Shown: one piece after another, positions 13,788 to 27,239 of the stretch | Layout of the letters: the number at the start of each line of letters is the position of its first letter | How positions within the stretch are numbered: position 1 is the first letter of the stretch | Assembly (NCBI GenBank): GCA_051362555.1 | Contig: CM120645.1 | Coordinates: 17,670,001 to 17,734,000, forward strand | Reading direction: 5' to 3' | DNA length: 64,000 nucleotides | From: Lingula anatina | Lineage: Eukaryota > Animalia > Brachiopoda | Program-made: the position numbers and the translations under genes | Notes under the pieces: model-generated | What the model was told of the DNA's origin: nothing | Databases searched by the model: none | Seen by the model: the letters and a program-made list of their open reading frames with translations, nothing else

Positions 13788-14785
13788 TTTTACAGTACAG
13801 AGATTAGCCATCTATTTAACCAGAGACGCATCTTTTAATATCTAGTGAAAAATCAATCTATGGCCCTGGTAGAGGGTAGCCAGAGGCTGCGGAGTGTTGA
13901 TTTTGATGCTGTCTCAACCATGATTGTGACGGACTCCACAAATATCAGTCAATTGTGTTAGTGAAGACATAACGCGAGACGGTGAGACGGCTGAAAGGAT
14001 TACAAAGAAATTACCTAATAAGTCATTGGAAATGACAGTATGCTATTTTCGTTTAAATTAGATGTCGATGAACCATTCAGTAAATGACAATATGCTATTT
14101 TAGTTTAAATTAGATGTCGACGAACCATTCAATAGAGAAAGTTAGATTAAAAGAAAATATGTTGAAGCGGCACAAAAATGATGGAGGGGGGAGGGTATGA
14201 TGATGGTATAAAAGGTTTGGGAAAGTCGGGGAAATTGAGTTTTGAGTGCGTTCGGGTGTTTACTGATGTCCTTTAACTTTAACACACCAGGTTATACAAT
14301 AGTTACAACTTTTCTCCTAAAAAACTGTAATCTTAATCTTTTTTACTTATATAACTACCGTATGTTTCTACTATAGTATTTCACAAAGATGAACTTTAAA
14401 GATGACGTCTATTTAGAAAGAGCGCCATTACTAAAAACGCAGCACTGGAAAATTAACTGCCAAAGTGTCAACGCTACGTTACATAAAGTGCCGACAGAAT
14501 CTACGTGGAGTCAAAGTTTGCTATTTTTGAACAAGCCACACAACGGAGACTGAAATATCGAAGCGCAAAATATGACTTGTTTTAATTTTTGATAAAAAAG
14601 GGTGTTAGTAGGCTATGACCAAGTTGTTAAACAGTCGATGAAATTCTTAAAATATTGAATGACTCTAAATGGAATTTAATAAATTTCTTAATTGCTTATT
14701 TGATTTTTCTATATCATTTTGTAAAGTCAGAGTATTTTATAATAGCAAACTGCTAACAACGCGTTACTTTCCAAAGCATAAAAAA

Positions 14786-14833
<48 letters not shown>

Positions 14834-15672
14834 CGCGCGCGCGCGCGCGCGCGCGGGTCGGGGTGGAGGGCGTGGGTCTTGCACTGGAATCTTCCTCTCT
14901 GACAATTGTCAATGTTGACAGGGTACGTAATGGTCCGGGAGAATATTGAGGAAGTTGAGTTACAACAGGGTTAATGCTACAGTATTTGTCCTCAGAGTCT
15001 ATCTCAACATGATTGTGACGGCGCCCATGAATTTCATCATATTGTGCTAGTGAAGACAGCGATAAAGCATAGAGGGCGCTGATGTGATAATCTTTTTTAT
15101 AATTTCTCCGGAGTATCACAATAATTTTTTATATATCACTGTGGCTGGACCTTGGTCATATCTGTTGCGATGCCAACCCCCCCTCCCGCCTTGCACAAGT
15201 ATCTTGGTCGCAGTCCATTACAAATCCAAAGTCTCACCTCTTGCACAGCGCCATCTACACTCAACAATGTTTATATATGGCGCGTGCAAATGGTGACGCT
15301 GAAAAGCCAGCTTGAAAAGCCGGAGTTTTCATCAAACGTTCTGTACGCTGAGTGTCCTCTTTCATCAGGGCACTTTTCTTCGATGGTTTTGTTATATATT
15401 CTGTTGGCAAACTTTATCGGTGAGTTCAGGATAAGACATATGAAGTGAAGAACACATACGGTATCGATTGTGTCAGTTGTGCACTGTTCACATCACGATG
15501 CAATGTAGTACGAAACGCATTAGCATTCCTATTGACCTTGTGTTAGCACACTGTGTGTTAGCACAGACAGTACATATCAGAATCGTCAATAGGAGTGCTA
15601 ACGCATGAATTGTCGTGCTAGATGCAATGTGCAGGGCTACAGAACATTGACACTACAGATTAAAGACATTAA

Positions 15673-18515
15673 GTACCAGTCTCTGTAAGGTTCAGAATAG
15701 GGTGGCACATGACCATCTCAGATTTTGATGAAAATTGGTGTATTTGTTCATTATAGCCCCAAACCAACATAATGGATATTGGTTTGTTTGAATCACCCTC
15801 GGTTGCCATGGTAACAGCACTTAGAAATTTTCACCTAAGATGGCGGAATCCAGATTCCAAAATTTCAATTTCAGCTATATTTGAGCTAAAAAAACCATAA
15901 ATGTGGATAAATATACATTTTTCATTTTCAAACATTGTTAAATATCATATCCTATTTGAACTCAAAACATATAAATTAATGTTTTTGGTGGCCTTTAAAA
16001 ATTAGAAAAATAACTTTGAAAATGGGGAATTTTCAAAAATTCCAATTTTTGCTAAAATGCCCAAATTTGCAAATTTCAAATACATTTTTCATAGACTGGC
16101 CAAAGCCATCTATTATCACCATACATTACATAAGAAAGTAATGTACTGTCCTTTTATAATCAAAAATAAATTTTTTTTCAAACACATTTTTCAAAAAATT
16201 ATTCAATTTTTAAAATTCTTAATCCAAGATGGCGGCAACCAAATTGCACATTTTACATATTTGTGTATATTAAAAATAACAAACATGGTTAAACACATAT
16301 TTTATATTTGTATGTTGCTAAATCCCAAATCTTGATTAATTGAAAAACATAAAAAATATTGTTTTTTGCTGGCCTTTAAAAATTAAAAAAATAACTTTGA
16401 AAATGGGGAATTTTCAAAAATTCAAAATTTTGCTAAAATGCCCAAATTTGCCATTTTCAAATACGCTTTTCATACACTGGCCAAAGCCACCTATTATTGA
16501 CATACATTACATAAGGAAGTACATATACTGAACTGTTTTAATCAAAAATAAAATTTTTTTCAAACACATTTTTCAAAAAATTATTCAAATTTTAAAATTC
16601 TTAATCCAAGATGGCGGCAATCAAATGGCAAAATGTCCCTATTTCTGCTTTAAACTAAACAAGCATGGATAAAACACACATTTCATTTTAGTATCCTGCT
16701 AAATATTATGTCTTGATTTAGTCAAATGCATATTACTTAATATTTTAAACAGTCCTAAAAATTTAGAAAAACAACTCTAAAAATGGCAGATTTCCAAAAT
16801 TTCAAATTTTAGCTAAAATGCCCAAATTTTGCCATTTTTAAATACATTTTTCATAGACTGGCCAAACCCACCTAATATTGTCATACATTATAAGTAAATG
16901 TTTTGAGTTAATATTATTAAAAAAATCTTTTTTCAAACATTAAAAAAAATGCAAATTTTTAAATTCACAATTCAAGATGGCGTCAACCAAATTTTCCATT
17001 TTTCGCTATTTCTGCTTTAAAAATGGATTAAAATACAAATTTTGTACTTGTGTCCTGCTAAATAACTTGATTTAGTCAAAAGCACACAGGTAAATATTTT
17101 TGTGATCTTTAAAAAAAACTTTAAAATGATGAATTTTCACAATGGGACAATGGGTGTTAATCTTTCAAGGTCATACAATAACAGCAATGTGGTGGTATTC
17201 TTTTGGTTGACATCCAATAGTTGAGAAATATCTCCTACCAGTCTCAGCTTCAGTTTCAATCTCTTGTGGACCTTCTACCACTGTCCAGGAAAAAAATTCC
17301 CTTATCCATAAACTACTATCTATAATGTGCGTGGATTTAGCAGTGCCCACCCCAGATTAGTTAACATTTTTATTTGATTCTTTTAATTGTATATGAATAT
17401 ATTTTAAACAAGTCACAGTGAATTAAAACATGTTTTTAGTCTTTCTTATTTGAAAGAAAATGAGGCATCTTCTCTACATAGTAGTAAATTATATGAATAT
17501 TTATTATGGTGTTCAGCATTTTTGTCACAAACTTAAATACCAATATATATTTTCCCTCATGCTCCTTGCCCTAAGATGTTCATAATTTATTAATTTTGCT
17601 AATTTTCTTTTGGTATACAACTTATTTGTAAGAATATTTGTTGTAGGTAAAGTCCATTGGTAACCAGCTACACTGTTAGAAGTTGTGATATCAAAGCAAA
17701 GCAGTTATCAATGTTAAGGGTGCCTCAACATGATAGTATTTGATGCATTTTGTCCCGAGAATCATGCATGATCATACATTTTGACTAGTCCAACATCTGC
17801 CTCAACACTGAGGACTAATTTTGCATGTTACAATCAGGTAGAAAGTATCATTATGATAATTTCCCCTATTTAAGTTACTATTTACAATTTTAATGTAAAG
17901 AGTAAAGTTAGGTCACCTGCTAGTTTTCAGTAAAGAAATATGAGAAAAATGTATGGATAACACAGACTTTATGATATCAAAACTGTGGGAGCATTATACT
18001 AAGCAGGACTTGATTAGGTGAGTCTTTAATACAAATAGCATGATTATCAAGGCTTATAAAGTAATGCTAACTTGTTTTCTCATTTAGTATTTTTTGTGAC
18101 TGAAAATCTAATGTACTGCTATATCTTTCCGAGAAAAACTGAGCTGCAAGACTGGTTTGTCAAATAAAGTGCAATAGTACACACCATATCACTCCCATTC
18201 TGAAAGGATAAAACTGGCTGCTTGTATTTGTATTATTTTTAAGGCGATACATACACAAGGACCATTATATTTATCTGATCCTATCTGTTTTAACTGACCA
18301 AGGCAGTCCACACATTTTAATACTGAGAATGACCTTATTTTAGAACAGTCTATTTTAGAGAAGGGGTGCCTCAAAAGTTATGGAGATCGGGCTTTCATAA
18401 TCTATGCCTCCATATTATGGAACGCCTTACCAAATTTTATTAGAAAAGCAGACGACTTTGACAGTTTTAAATCCCTTCTTAAAACTCACATTTTTAAATC
18501 TGTCTATATCTCTTA

Positions 18516-18547
<32 letters not shown>

Positions 18548-19894
18548 ATGTTTTTAGTAGTGTTCATTTTAAATGGTTTCCAATTGTTTCAGATTTAAAT
18601 ATTGTAGTGATTTTTTATTGATTTTAGTTATATTATTGTAAGGCGCCTTGAGGTAGCACGTAAGGCACCATATAAGAATATTATTATTATTATTGACAGA
18701 TAGCTTTTACATGTCTATTTTATTTTACAAGTTTTTTTATTTAGAATCCTGGTTGTGAAGAACTAAAAATCTCTTCCACTTGTATGAGTAACAATTTCTA
18801 CTGTATATATTAAGTATTCAAGTAATCTGTTCTGTTATCGACTTCAAGTACCTGAGAGGGCACGACGGGCCTTACTGGGCGCTGTTTTAAATTGGAGGTA
18901 GACCATACTCGAGCAGTAAATAGCCGTCAAACACAAACTCACGTTGAACATCAAAACTTTATTAGAAAACCTGTATCAAAGTTAACACTGACTGTAATTT
19001 AGAGTATGGTAACTGACAGTGCTTTAATTATTTGTCGATTATATCGGATATTAACGGCAACTGCACGTGAGGGAGAAGACGAGGTTTTCACAGTGGTACA
19101 TGTACCTGGTAGTTTTCTTGATATCCTTAGTTAGTAGTGCCGATAATTTACGACCATAAAGTTCTACCAGTCCTTCCTTGTGGGTAATTTATGAAAAATT
19201 GCATATCATGCTGTAAATAAATAACTGTGTGCATTCTCCTTCCACATACAAAACCGACGGCAATCAGAGCTCCCGCCATCTTGGATAAAATTAGTTATGT
19301 TGTATATAAAAAAACGATGTGCGGAAACAAATACTACACACCAGTCAGCATAAAAACAATCCAAGCAATAAATGATCCAGAAAACAAGTGCCATTTATCC
19401 AAAAAATATCCATTTCATGAGATAAATAACCTTAATTCAATTTATTTACATCTGAATGAGTTCGTAGGTTAGCAGTCACCGCTACTGCGCATGCGCAGAT
19501 GGTCTTTTTCGCGTAGTTTTAGCGTTGATTGTTTTTAATGTAATTTAACCATTTTGTGTTTTGAAAAAAATTTTATTTCATTTTTTGGTACCTGAATATA
19601 TGCTGTAAACATCTTGTATAGCCATATTACATAACTACGTCGGCCATACGAGTTATTTGTCAGTGAATATGGGGTTTCCTGAACATTTTATATAGAAAAG
19701 CATATGGGAGAAAAATTTCAGGCTTAAATATAAAACGCTCTAAAAAATAAATTATTTTAAATATGCAACTTTCCGGGCTCAATTTATTAGTTTTTAGCAT
19801 AGTTCTTCACAATAAATTAAAAGAAAACAAAATCTGGGAGGGTCATGTTCCAATGCCCCTATGTTATTTTTCTGATTCTTACAGAGACTGGTAC
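15673..19894. mobile_element. 4.2-kb non-autonomous TIR element with ~380-bp internal tandem units
   Basis: Perfect TIR GTACCAGTCTCTGTAAG / CTTACAGAGACTGGTAC with TTAA on both flanks; CAAGATGGCG recurs at 16225, 16606 and 16973. Superfamily uncertain. Confidence 0.8.
18143..18694 (+). mobile_element. L2-clade LINE 3' fragment (ORF2 C-terminus and 3' tail), nested in the 15673-19894 element
   Basis: Translates AARLVCQIK...HITPILK and SYGDRAF...LWNALP...FKSLLKTHIF; ends GTAAGGCGCCTTGAG...ATATAAG followed by (ATT)n. Confidence 0.85.
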
Positions 19895-19899
19895 TTAAA

Positions 19900-21290
19900 A
19901 GTGCTTTTGAAGAACTGACAAGATTACACGCAGTCATCTACTTCAAACTCCCCATTCAGAGAATTGACTGGAGAACTGATGTTGTTTCTTCTATTACAAT
20001 TTATAAGTAGGCCTTCTTCCTCTTGAGTTATCTGTCGAAATAGTAATATATGAACTGAACTATGAATAACACAAACTTCCCATGGAGTGTCCACTTACGT
20101 GAACTAGCACGGCCACCCTGAGTTTCATTCCAATTCAGTTATTTCTCTTGTTTTCACATTGAGAACATATAACCAATTTCCAATATTCTTTTGGAATTTT
20201 ACTTCTCATATTCTTAATTTTTTTTGTAATTGGCATCTATAATTAGTAAAAGATTTATCCATTACAGTTTTATACTGTTTCTAAGCATCAAGAACCCCTT
20301 GTTTAAATATAGTGAGTCCATATTTCTTATATTTACAATGACATTTACAGTACTCCTTACATGCGATATGGCACTCATTGCCGAACTCCTCTTTATGCTT
20401 TTTCGGGGTATATTTAGTTTTATTGTTATTATATCTATAAGATCCAAATGTTTTCTTAGCTGAACTCAACAATACTTCAGCAGTCTTTTCAAAAATTGAA
20501 TCAATTTCCTTTTTCTCCACACTGCCAAGATCCAATCTCTCGAAAACATTCCGGAAGCGGATAGCAATTAAGCGTGAACCCCCAGGGAGTCGGGTCGATC
20601 CAAATGGATCGATCTAAATCTGTGGGAACCCAGTCTTACAAAAGTTTAGTAAATAATTACCAAAGCTGTTAACTGTACTGTCTTTACTCATAGGTTGTAC
20701 ACTGGTCCCATTTATCTCTAGTTTATGGACATCTGTTAAATGATCAAAATTTTCACCAAAAGCTATTTCAAATTCAGACAGTTCACTTTCATCATAATAG
20801 TCATTTTTATCACCCATCTTTGAATTAAAATCTCTGGTAATACAGACGTGGCTATAGTTAACACATAAATTAATGTATTCAAGTTCTATTTCAGCAAATG
20901 CATCAGGTGAGCTGTACCTTGATCCCTCAGGTGGGATATAAACAATTCCAGTGTTTGGGTCAAACGGTGGATTGTCAATGTTAAGTTTGTCTACCTGCAA
21001 GACAGTTTTCTTATCCTGGTTCTTAGCTTCCTTTAGGTGCGGAATTAGCATCTTTCTTCGTTCGTTTATTTTCTTAGGAAATTGCTCATTGACTGTGAAT
21101 CATTTATTTCCTTAGGAAATTGCTCATTGACTCTGAATCGTTTTCCCTTCAGCGCTCACAGGGCAGCTTTCCTCAGCATTTCCTTGTCCGTAAATGTTCC
21201 ACGCTTTGCGGTGATTGGCCTATGTTTCCCCAGTGTATGCTTTTCCATGCGGTGAACCCTTTCAAATTTTATTTCGTCAATGATTCCCAG
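19900..21290 (-). mobile_element. Degenerate CR1-group LINE (ORF1 C-terminus joined to APE endonuclease remnants)
   Basis: VNEQFPKEINERRKMLIPHLKEAK...VDKL is ORF1-like and runs into VYIPPEGS...RDFNSKMG...VNSFGNYLLNFCK (APE-like; ORF 20614-21051). Further ORF2-like pieces at 20281-20535. Confidence 0.75.
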
Positions 21291-21444
21291 AAACTACTAT
21301 AAAAGCACCACTTTATTAGAGAGTTTCCGTTGCTGGTGAGATACGCCGGCTAGATTAATACGTCATCGGTTTGTGCGCACTTGTGACGTTCACCGCATTC
21401 ATATACCGTCATCCCATCTAGTCTGCGGAATACAAGCGCTCCTA

Positions 21445-23201
21445 TAGGGACAGTCGGGCTGACGTCACACGCCTTAGCAACCGGCATCTGGGGTAAAACA
21501 AATCGGGCAACATGGCGGATCGCATTGACTTCTATGTAAAAGTTGGCAGACTTTGTCCGAAGATATCATTCTTCACAGTGCTTGACCACTTGTGTCAGTG
21601 AGGATGAGTTATTTACCTGGTTGATTTCCTTTACAGGCTTTTGTAATTAGCAGCTGCACACCGGGTTAAGAGATAAAATCGTCCCTAATATAACTGCCGA
21701 TCGTTATCTGTGATCGGGAATTTTACAGCAGAAGATTTTGCAAAGGCAGTGCTTGACCTTTTGTGTCGGGCGCGTTGAATCATTTACCTGGTCTATTGAG
21801 TCAGCAGGCCTTTGTAATAAGCTACTGTTTAACTTGTTACGAGATAAAATTGGTCTTAACTGCATACGCAAATGTCCACAATAAGTACCTGTACATGTAC
21901 ATGAGGTAGTGAAATAGGAATGGCTTCTTAGAACGTGGATCGTAAGAAAGACCTGGGAAATGTGCAACACTGAGAAGTTATTAGAATAGGATTTCTACAA
22001 ATTGTGATTAAATCACCTGCTGCTGCAATAGCCTGGGGAACGGGATAGGGGCAATGTCATCGGTCCCATGGCCTCTTTGGTCTGTATACAGTTCATATGT
22101 ATATTAATGCAAGCCTGGAAGGACAGCATAAACAGTTGCTTGCCAACTTTTTGGAAGAGAAGACACGTTGTGTTACCTGTATTAATATTGGCAGCTACGC
22201 GTCATATGAGTGTTTACAATCTTATTGTGCACTTTTCTGGCGAAATATCATGGAAGACAGAACGTTAAGTTTCAAAACGTACAAGATTAAAATTAAATTG
22301 AATAACAAACACGGCAATAAAGCTGTATGTTATTTTACCAGTTAAGGTCGCTTTATCTATGGCAACTTTTTAAAAATTTTACTTTGATAACTTAAAGATT
22401 TAGACATTACCTCACAAGTTTGTCAATATATTGACGTACATATTTTTTCTTACCTTTATGACGCCATCAATTAACTTACAACAAAAAAAGTTTGACGTTA
22501 TAGTCCATTAATTTTAACTACTGAGTATAAGAATTGATATACCGTCACACATGCCAAAACAAGATGCAATCTCAATTTCTTGTAACTACTACTAATTAAT
22601 TCCTGTAACAAATGAAAAACATAAATACCAAACAAGGTACAATGACTTTCTCCTTATCTATAATAAAATGAACTATACACACATACACAAATCTTGTAGT
22701 GCATGTATAGCTACGACCAAATCTTGTTTCGATCAACAGTCTCGTCTTTAGTCACGTTTGCACGACCTTTAGCCTGCAACAGTCGTTTACTTTTCCGTTG
22801 ATCTTTGAAATTTAAAAAATCCCATTAGATTTTATCAGTTGCTTCCATATGGTTTTCTTTTCAATGAGATGTGAATATTATTCTCATCCAGGTAAGCCAA
22901 TGAGTCTTTGCAATCTACTACTGTAAGATTCCTGATCACAGATAACGATCGGCAGTTAAGGCCGATTTTATCACTTAACCAGGTGTGCAGCAGCTAATTA
23001 CAAAAGCCTGTAAAGGAAATCAACCAGGTAAATAACTCATCCTCACTGACACAAGTGGTCAGGCACTGTGAAGTATGATATCTTCGGAAAAAGCCTGCCA
23101 ACTTTTACATAGAAGTCAATGCGATCCGCCATGTTGCCCGATTTGTTTTACCCCAGATGCCGGTTGCTAAGGTAAAGTGCCCGGATGACCGACTGTCCCT
23201 A
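21445..23201. mobile_element. Inner element with ~265-bp TIRs, TAG...CTA termini
   Basis: 21445-21712 is the near-identical reverse complement of 22933-23201; flanks CCTA/TCTA (3 of 4 match). Confidence 0.88.
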
Positions 23202-23239
23202 TCTAGCCAGTGCGGAAGATTATTGAAAATAGTTATTAA

Positions 23240-25410
23240 CCCTCATCCACAAGGAAATGGAACCCTACGTAAACCCTGAAACCGGGCCTCAGAGGCCCGG
23301 TGTACCATGAAAATCTGACTCCCCCCAAAAAACATTCAAAAATCTAATTTAATTTGAGTAAATGACTATGATCTTGTAGTATGCATAATGGAGGACACAT
23401 TGGCACTTTTTGTTAGTTTGCAGGTGAAAATTTTCATGAAAAAATAAAAAAAATTAAAGATTTGTATTTTACCACCCAAGGACTCCCCTATGAAAAAGCT
23501 ATTTATTTGACATTTGATGACCATTTCAACATCTTTTCTTTGGGGTTACTTTATGAGGAATATATTGAAAGTACTTGAAAGTTTAATGGTTAAAAAATTG
23601 GGTGAAAAAAAAAAAATAATAATAAAAAACACATTAAAAAATAAGAAAAAATTAAAGATTTATATTCTAACACCCAATGACCCCCCTATGAAAAAGCTAT
23701 TTATTTCATATTTGATGATCATTCTGACATCTTTTCTTTGAGGATACTTTATGAGGAATATATTGAAAGTACTTGAAAGTTTGATGGTTGATAAATTGGG
23801 TGAAAAAAATAATAATAATAAAAAAACACATGAAAAATAAGAAAAATTAAAGATTTGTATTCTAACACCCAATGACTCCCCTATGAAAAGGCTATCTATT
23901 TGATATTTGATGATCATTCTGACATCTTTTCTTTAAGGATACTTAATGAAGAATATATTGGAAATATTTGAAAGTTTGAATGGTAAAATACTGGGTATGC
24001 TATATAAGAAGAATTAAGTAAAAAGGCGATGGGGCCAATTTCTTGAGTTAAAAATGTAGCATTTTGACATGGAAGTGCAAAACCTACAGGTAGTAAGATG
24101 AATACTTGTTTTAAAAATATTCACCAAAATTTTCACTACCAAACTTTCAAATAATAACAAAATGTACATCTCTGTGCAAACTATGTAGACTATGGTATGG
24201 TGACTGAATATAAAATAGGTCCTTTTCTTTATGGGAATCCAAATCTCATGAGCATAAAAATGAAGATTTTCATGGTTTATTTTTCATTCTTTCACTCACT
24301 ATTTTATCATGAAACTTTTAAATATTTCCAATATATTTTTCATAAAGTATCCTAATAGAAAAAATGTCAGAATGATCATCAAATATCAAATAAATAGCTT
24401 TTTCATAGGGGAGTTATTGGGTGATAAAATGCACATTTTTAATTTTCTATTTTTCATGTTTTTTTTTTAGTTTTTTCACCCAATAGTTTACCATCAAACT
24501 TTCAAATATTTCCAATATAATCTTCATAAAGTAAATTTAAAGGAAACATGTAGAAATGATCATCCAATATCAAATAAATAGCTTTTTCAAAGGGGATACA
24601 ATGGGCGGTTAAGTGCACATTTTTAATTTTCATATTTTTTTCATGAAAATATTCACCTGCAAACTTAAAAAAAAAGTGCCAAAGTATCCTCCATTTTACA
24701 TACTACAATATCACAGTCATATACTCAAATAAAATAAGATTTATGAACATTTGTGGAGGGGGAGTCAAATTTTCATGGGGAGTCAGATTTTCATTATGAA
24801 AATCTGACTGGGGGAGTCAGATTTTCATGTTACACCAGTCCCTTGCTCGCTTTACCTCCACCTGGGTGCATGAGTATACACTGTGTATGAAAAAACGTTT
24901 TTTTTTTTCTCAAAATGGAAAGTTTCGCAAAGGTAGAGCAGTCTATCAGGTATGTAATAATGATAGATTTAAACTGATATCTGCATATCAGGTGACCAAG
25001 GTGACCGATTACTCATAAATAATAATTTCTCCAGGTCTTGAATCTTTCACAGGCAGATTTCATTGACCATACTGATAGTCATAGCACACATGATATTGCT
25101 TGTGTAAAACATTTTATAGCAAAGCTATTTGAGGTACATGTAACATGGACTTATTTATCCCATGTGGAAGTAAAGTTATCAAGCGACCGGGCCTCAGAGG
25201 CCCGGTTTCCAGGAAATGGGACTAACTTTTGGAAAAGTTAATTTCTACATATGTTGTAAATTATTTCAAAACTAATTATTTATCCATTGATGGGGTATAA
25301 GTTGCTTGAGGATTACATGAAAGGAACAGGCTCAAAACCTCATGCGAATGAAGAGAGAGCAAAAGATACATGGGTCCGGGCCTGCGAGGCCCCTGAAAGG
25401 TGATTGAGGG
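23240..25410. mobile_element. piggyBac-like non-autonomous element
   Basis: TTAA|CCCTCA ... TGAGGG|TTAA; subterminal palindrome ACCGGGCCTCAGAGGCCCGGT at 23281 and 25186. Confidence 0.75.
23297..24838. mobile_element. Fold-back-like MITE with long modular inverted arms, nested in the piggyBac-like element
   Basis: GGTGTACCATGAAAATCTGACTCCCC / GGGGAGTCAGATTTTCATGTTACACC; ~195-bp subrepeats at 23450-23990 are mirrored at 24280-24740. Confidence 0.8.
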
Positions 25411-26009
25411 TTAAAGGTTATGTTTGCTAATTTATATGACTTATATACTTTTTTACAATAGTTCAAGTGTACGTCCATGCAAATTTCAACTTTTTAACAG
25501 AGAGGAGCCGCTAGTTTTGGTTTATCGGGCACGTAGTCGGGGGTTGATCGTGGGGTTCTTCGAACCGCCATTTTTGTCGGGAAAAATTGTACTTTTGGGT
25601 AATATTTGTCTCCTTTTCGTAAAAAAGAATCCCCCCCCTTGGAAATAGGTGGCTACGGGGCCGTATATTGTTATTATTATATTGTAATGAGCGCCAGCAT
25701 TCTGGGACATTGCCGGAACGCGAAGAGAGAAGCGCGTTACTGGATACATTAGCACATACGTAACAATCTAGCCGTCGTATCCCAACTGCACCGGAAACTC
25801 TCTATTATCAGTACTGGTATAGTATATGCTTCAGCCTTGACTTACAACAACACTTTATTTTGAAAGTTTATTTTTTAATTTTTTTTAAATAAATTTACTG
25901 AAATTTCATTATTTTAATATTTTGGATCTTGAGGAAAAAGCCTGATCACTGACTGTTTTGTCTTTTCCAGTCCATCGATCATCTGTCCATCATCATCTGC
26001 CACAAAGGT

Positions 26010-26569
26010 ACACAATGACTCCAGACTACTACACTGTACTAGGAAGCACAGGACTATACTGTCACAATGGAACACAATGACTCCAGTATACTACACTATA
26101 CTAGGAGGCATAAGACTATACTGCCGCAATGGAACACAATGACTCCAGACTACTACACTGTACTAGGAGGCACAGGACTATACTACCACAATGGAACACA
26201 ATGACTCCAGACTACTACACTGTCCTAGCAGGCACAGGACTATACTGCCACAATGACTCCAGACTACTACACTGTCCTAGCAGGCACAGGACTATACTGC
26301 CACAATGAACACAATGACTCCAGACTACTACACTGTCCTAGCAGGCACAGGACTATACTACCACAATGGAACACAATGACTCCAAACAACTACACTGTCC
26401 TAGCAGGCACAGGACTATACTACCACAGTGGAACACAATGACTCCAGACTACTACACTGTCCTAGCAGGCACAGGACTATACTGCCACAATGGAACACAA
26501 TGACTCCAGACTACTACACTGTCCTAGCAGGCACAGGGCTATACTACCACAATGGAACACAATGACTCC
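26010..26569. repeat. 62-bp minisatellite (~9 copies)
   Basis: ATGACTCCAG recurs at 26015, 26077 and onward. Confidence 0.95.
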
Positions 26570-26570
26570 T

Positions 26571-27230
26571 GGGGCCGGTTTCACAAAGCAGTAGTTAGTT
26601 AGAACAACTAACTACTGAACTACCTCGCTAACGAGCAAACTTAGAGATTTTCGAGGGGTGTTTCACGAAGCAGTAGTTAACTTATCGCTAAGTTCAGTGC
26701 TAAAGTTTGGTCGCTAGTTTTCTCGTTACTCACCGTAGTCTCAAAAACCATCTGCCGGAAGTGGAACTCTTGCGTAAAAGTGTCCGAAAGCACTAACTCT
26801 CCAATTTTTGGTGGCTGGAAATGCATAAGAACGTCTGCTTTAAGGTCGTCGTAAAGGATCTCCACCACCTTTTTGCTGCTCTTTTTGTCACAGCTAGGCG
26901 CAACCTCTCGTCAATTGCATCATCGTGTGTATATTCTAATAGATTCTGCCTTTCATGAAAAGGTCGTAGTCTACGTTGCCGTCTGGCGGTACGGTTAGCA
27001 AGAAAGGTAGCCGCCATATTGGATACAAAGACAAACGACAGACAACGGTAACTAAGCAACCTTTTTATTTCACTCATTACGCATGCGTACGATGAAACTC
27101 TAGAGTTAGCGACTGGTCTGACCAGTCGTTAAATATCCAAGGTAACAACGAGACAATAACGAGCGAGAGAACTAGCGATTGCTTCGTGAAACGGCACTCA
27201 TAACTAGCGATAGGCTAACTACCGATCGCT
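26571..27230 (-). mobile_element. PIF/Harbinger deletion derivative with transposase N-terminal remnant
   Basis: Ends GGGGCCGGTTTCACAAAGCA / TGCTTCGTGAAACGGCAC; minus-strand MAATFLANR...FHERQNLLEYTHDDAIDERLRL resembles Harbinger transposase N-termini. Confidence 0.7.
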
Positions 27231-27239
27231 CACACTAAT

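Larger units (their letters stand above)
21317..25804. mobile_element. Outer TIR element, TAG...CTA termini, 4-bp TSD (Academ-like, non-autonomous)
   Basis: TAGAGAGTTTCCG...GATACGCCGGCTAGATT versus AATCTAGCCGTCGTATC...CGGAAACTCTCTA; TTAT at 21313-21316 and 25805-25808. Confidence 0.75.

Noticed and set aside
14985-15045. C/D-box snoRNA on the minus strand (ATGATGA...CTGA)
   Set aside because: Only ~50 nt between boxes, no terminal stem, and the boxes are absent from the two paralogous motif copies.
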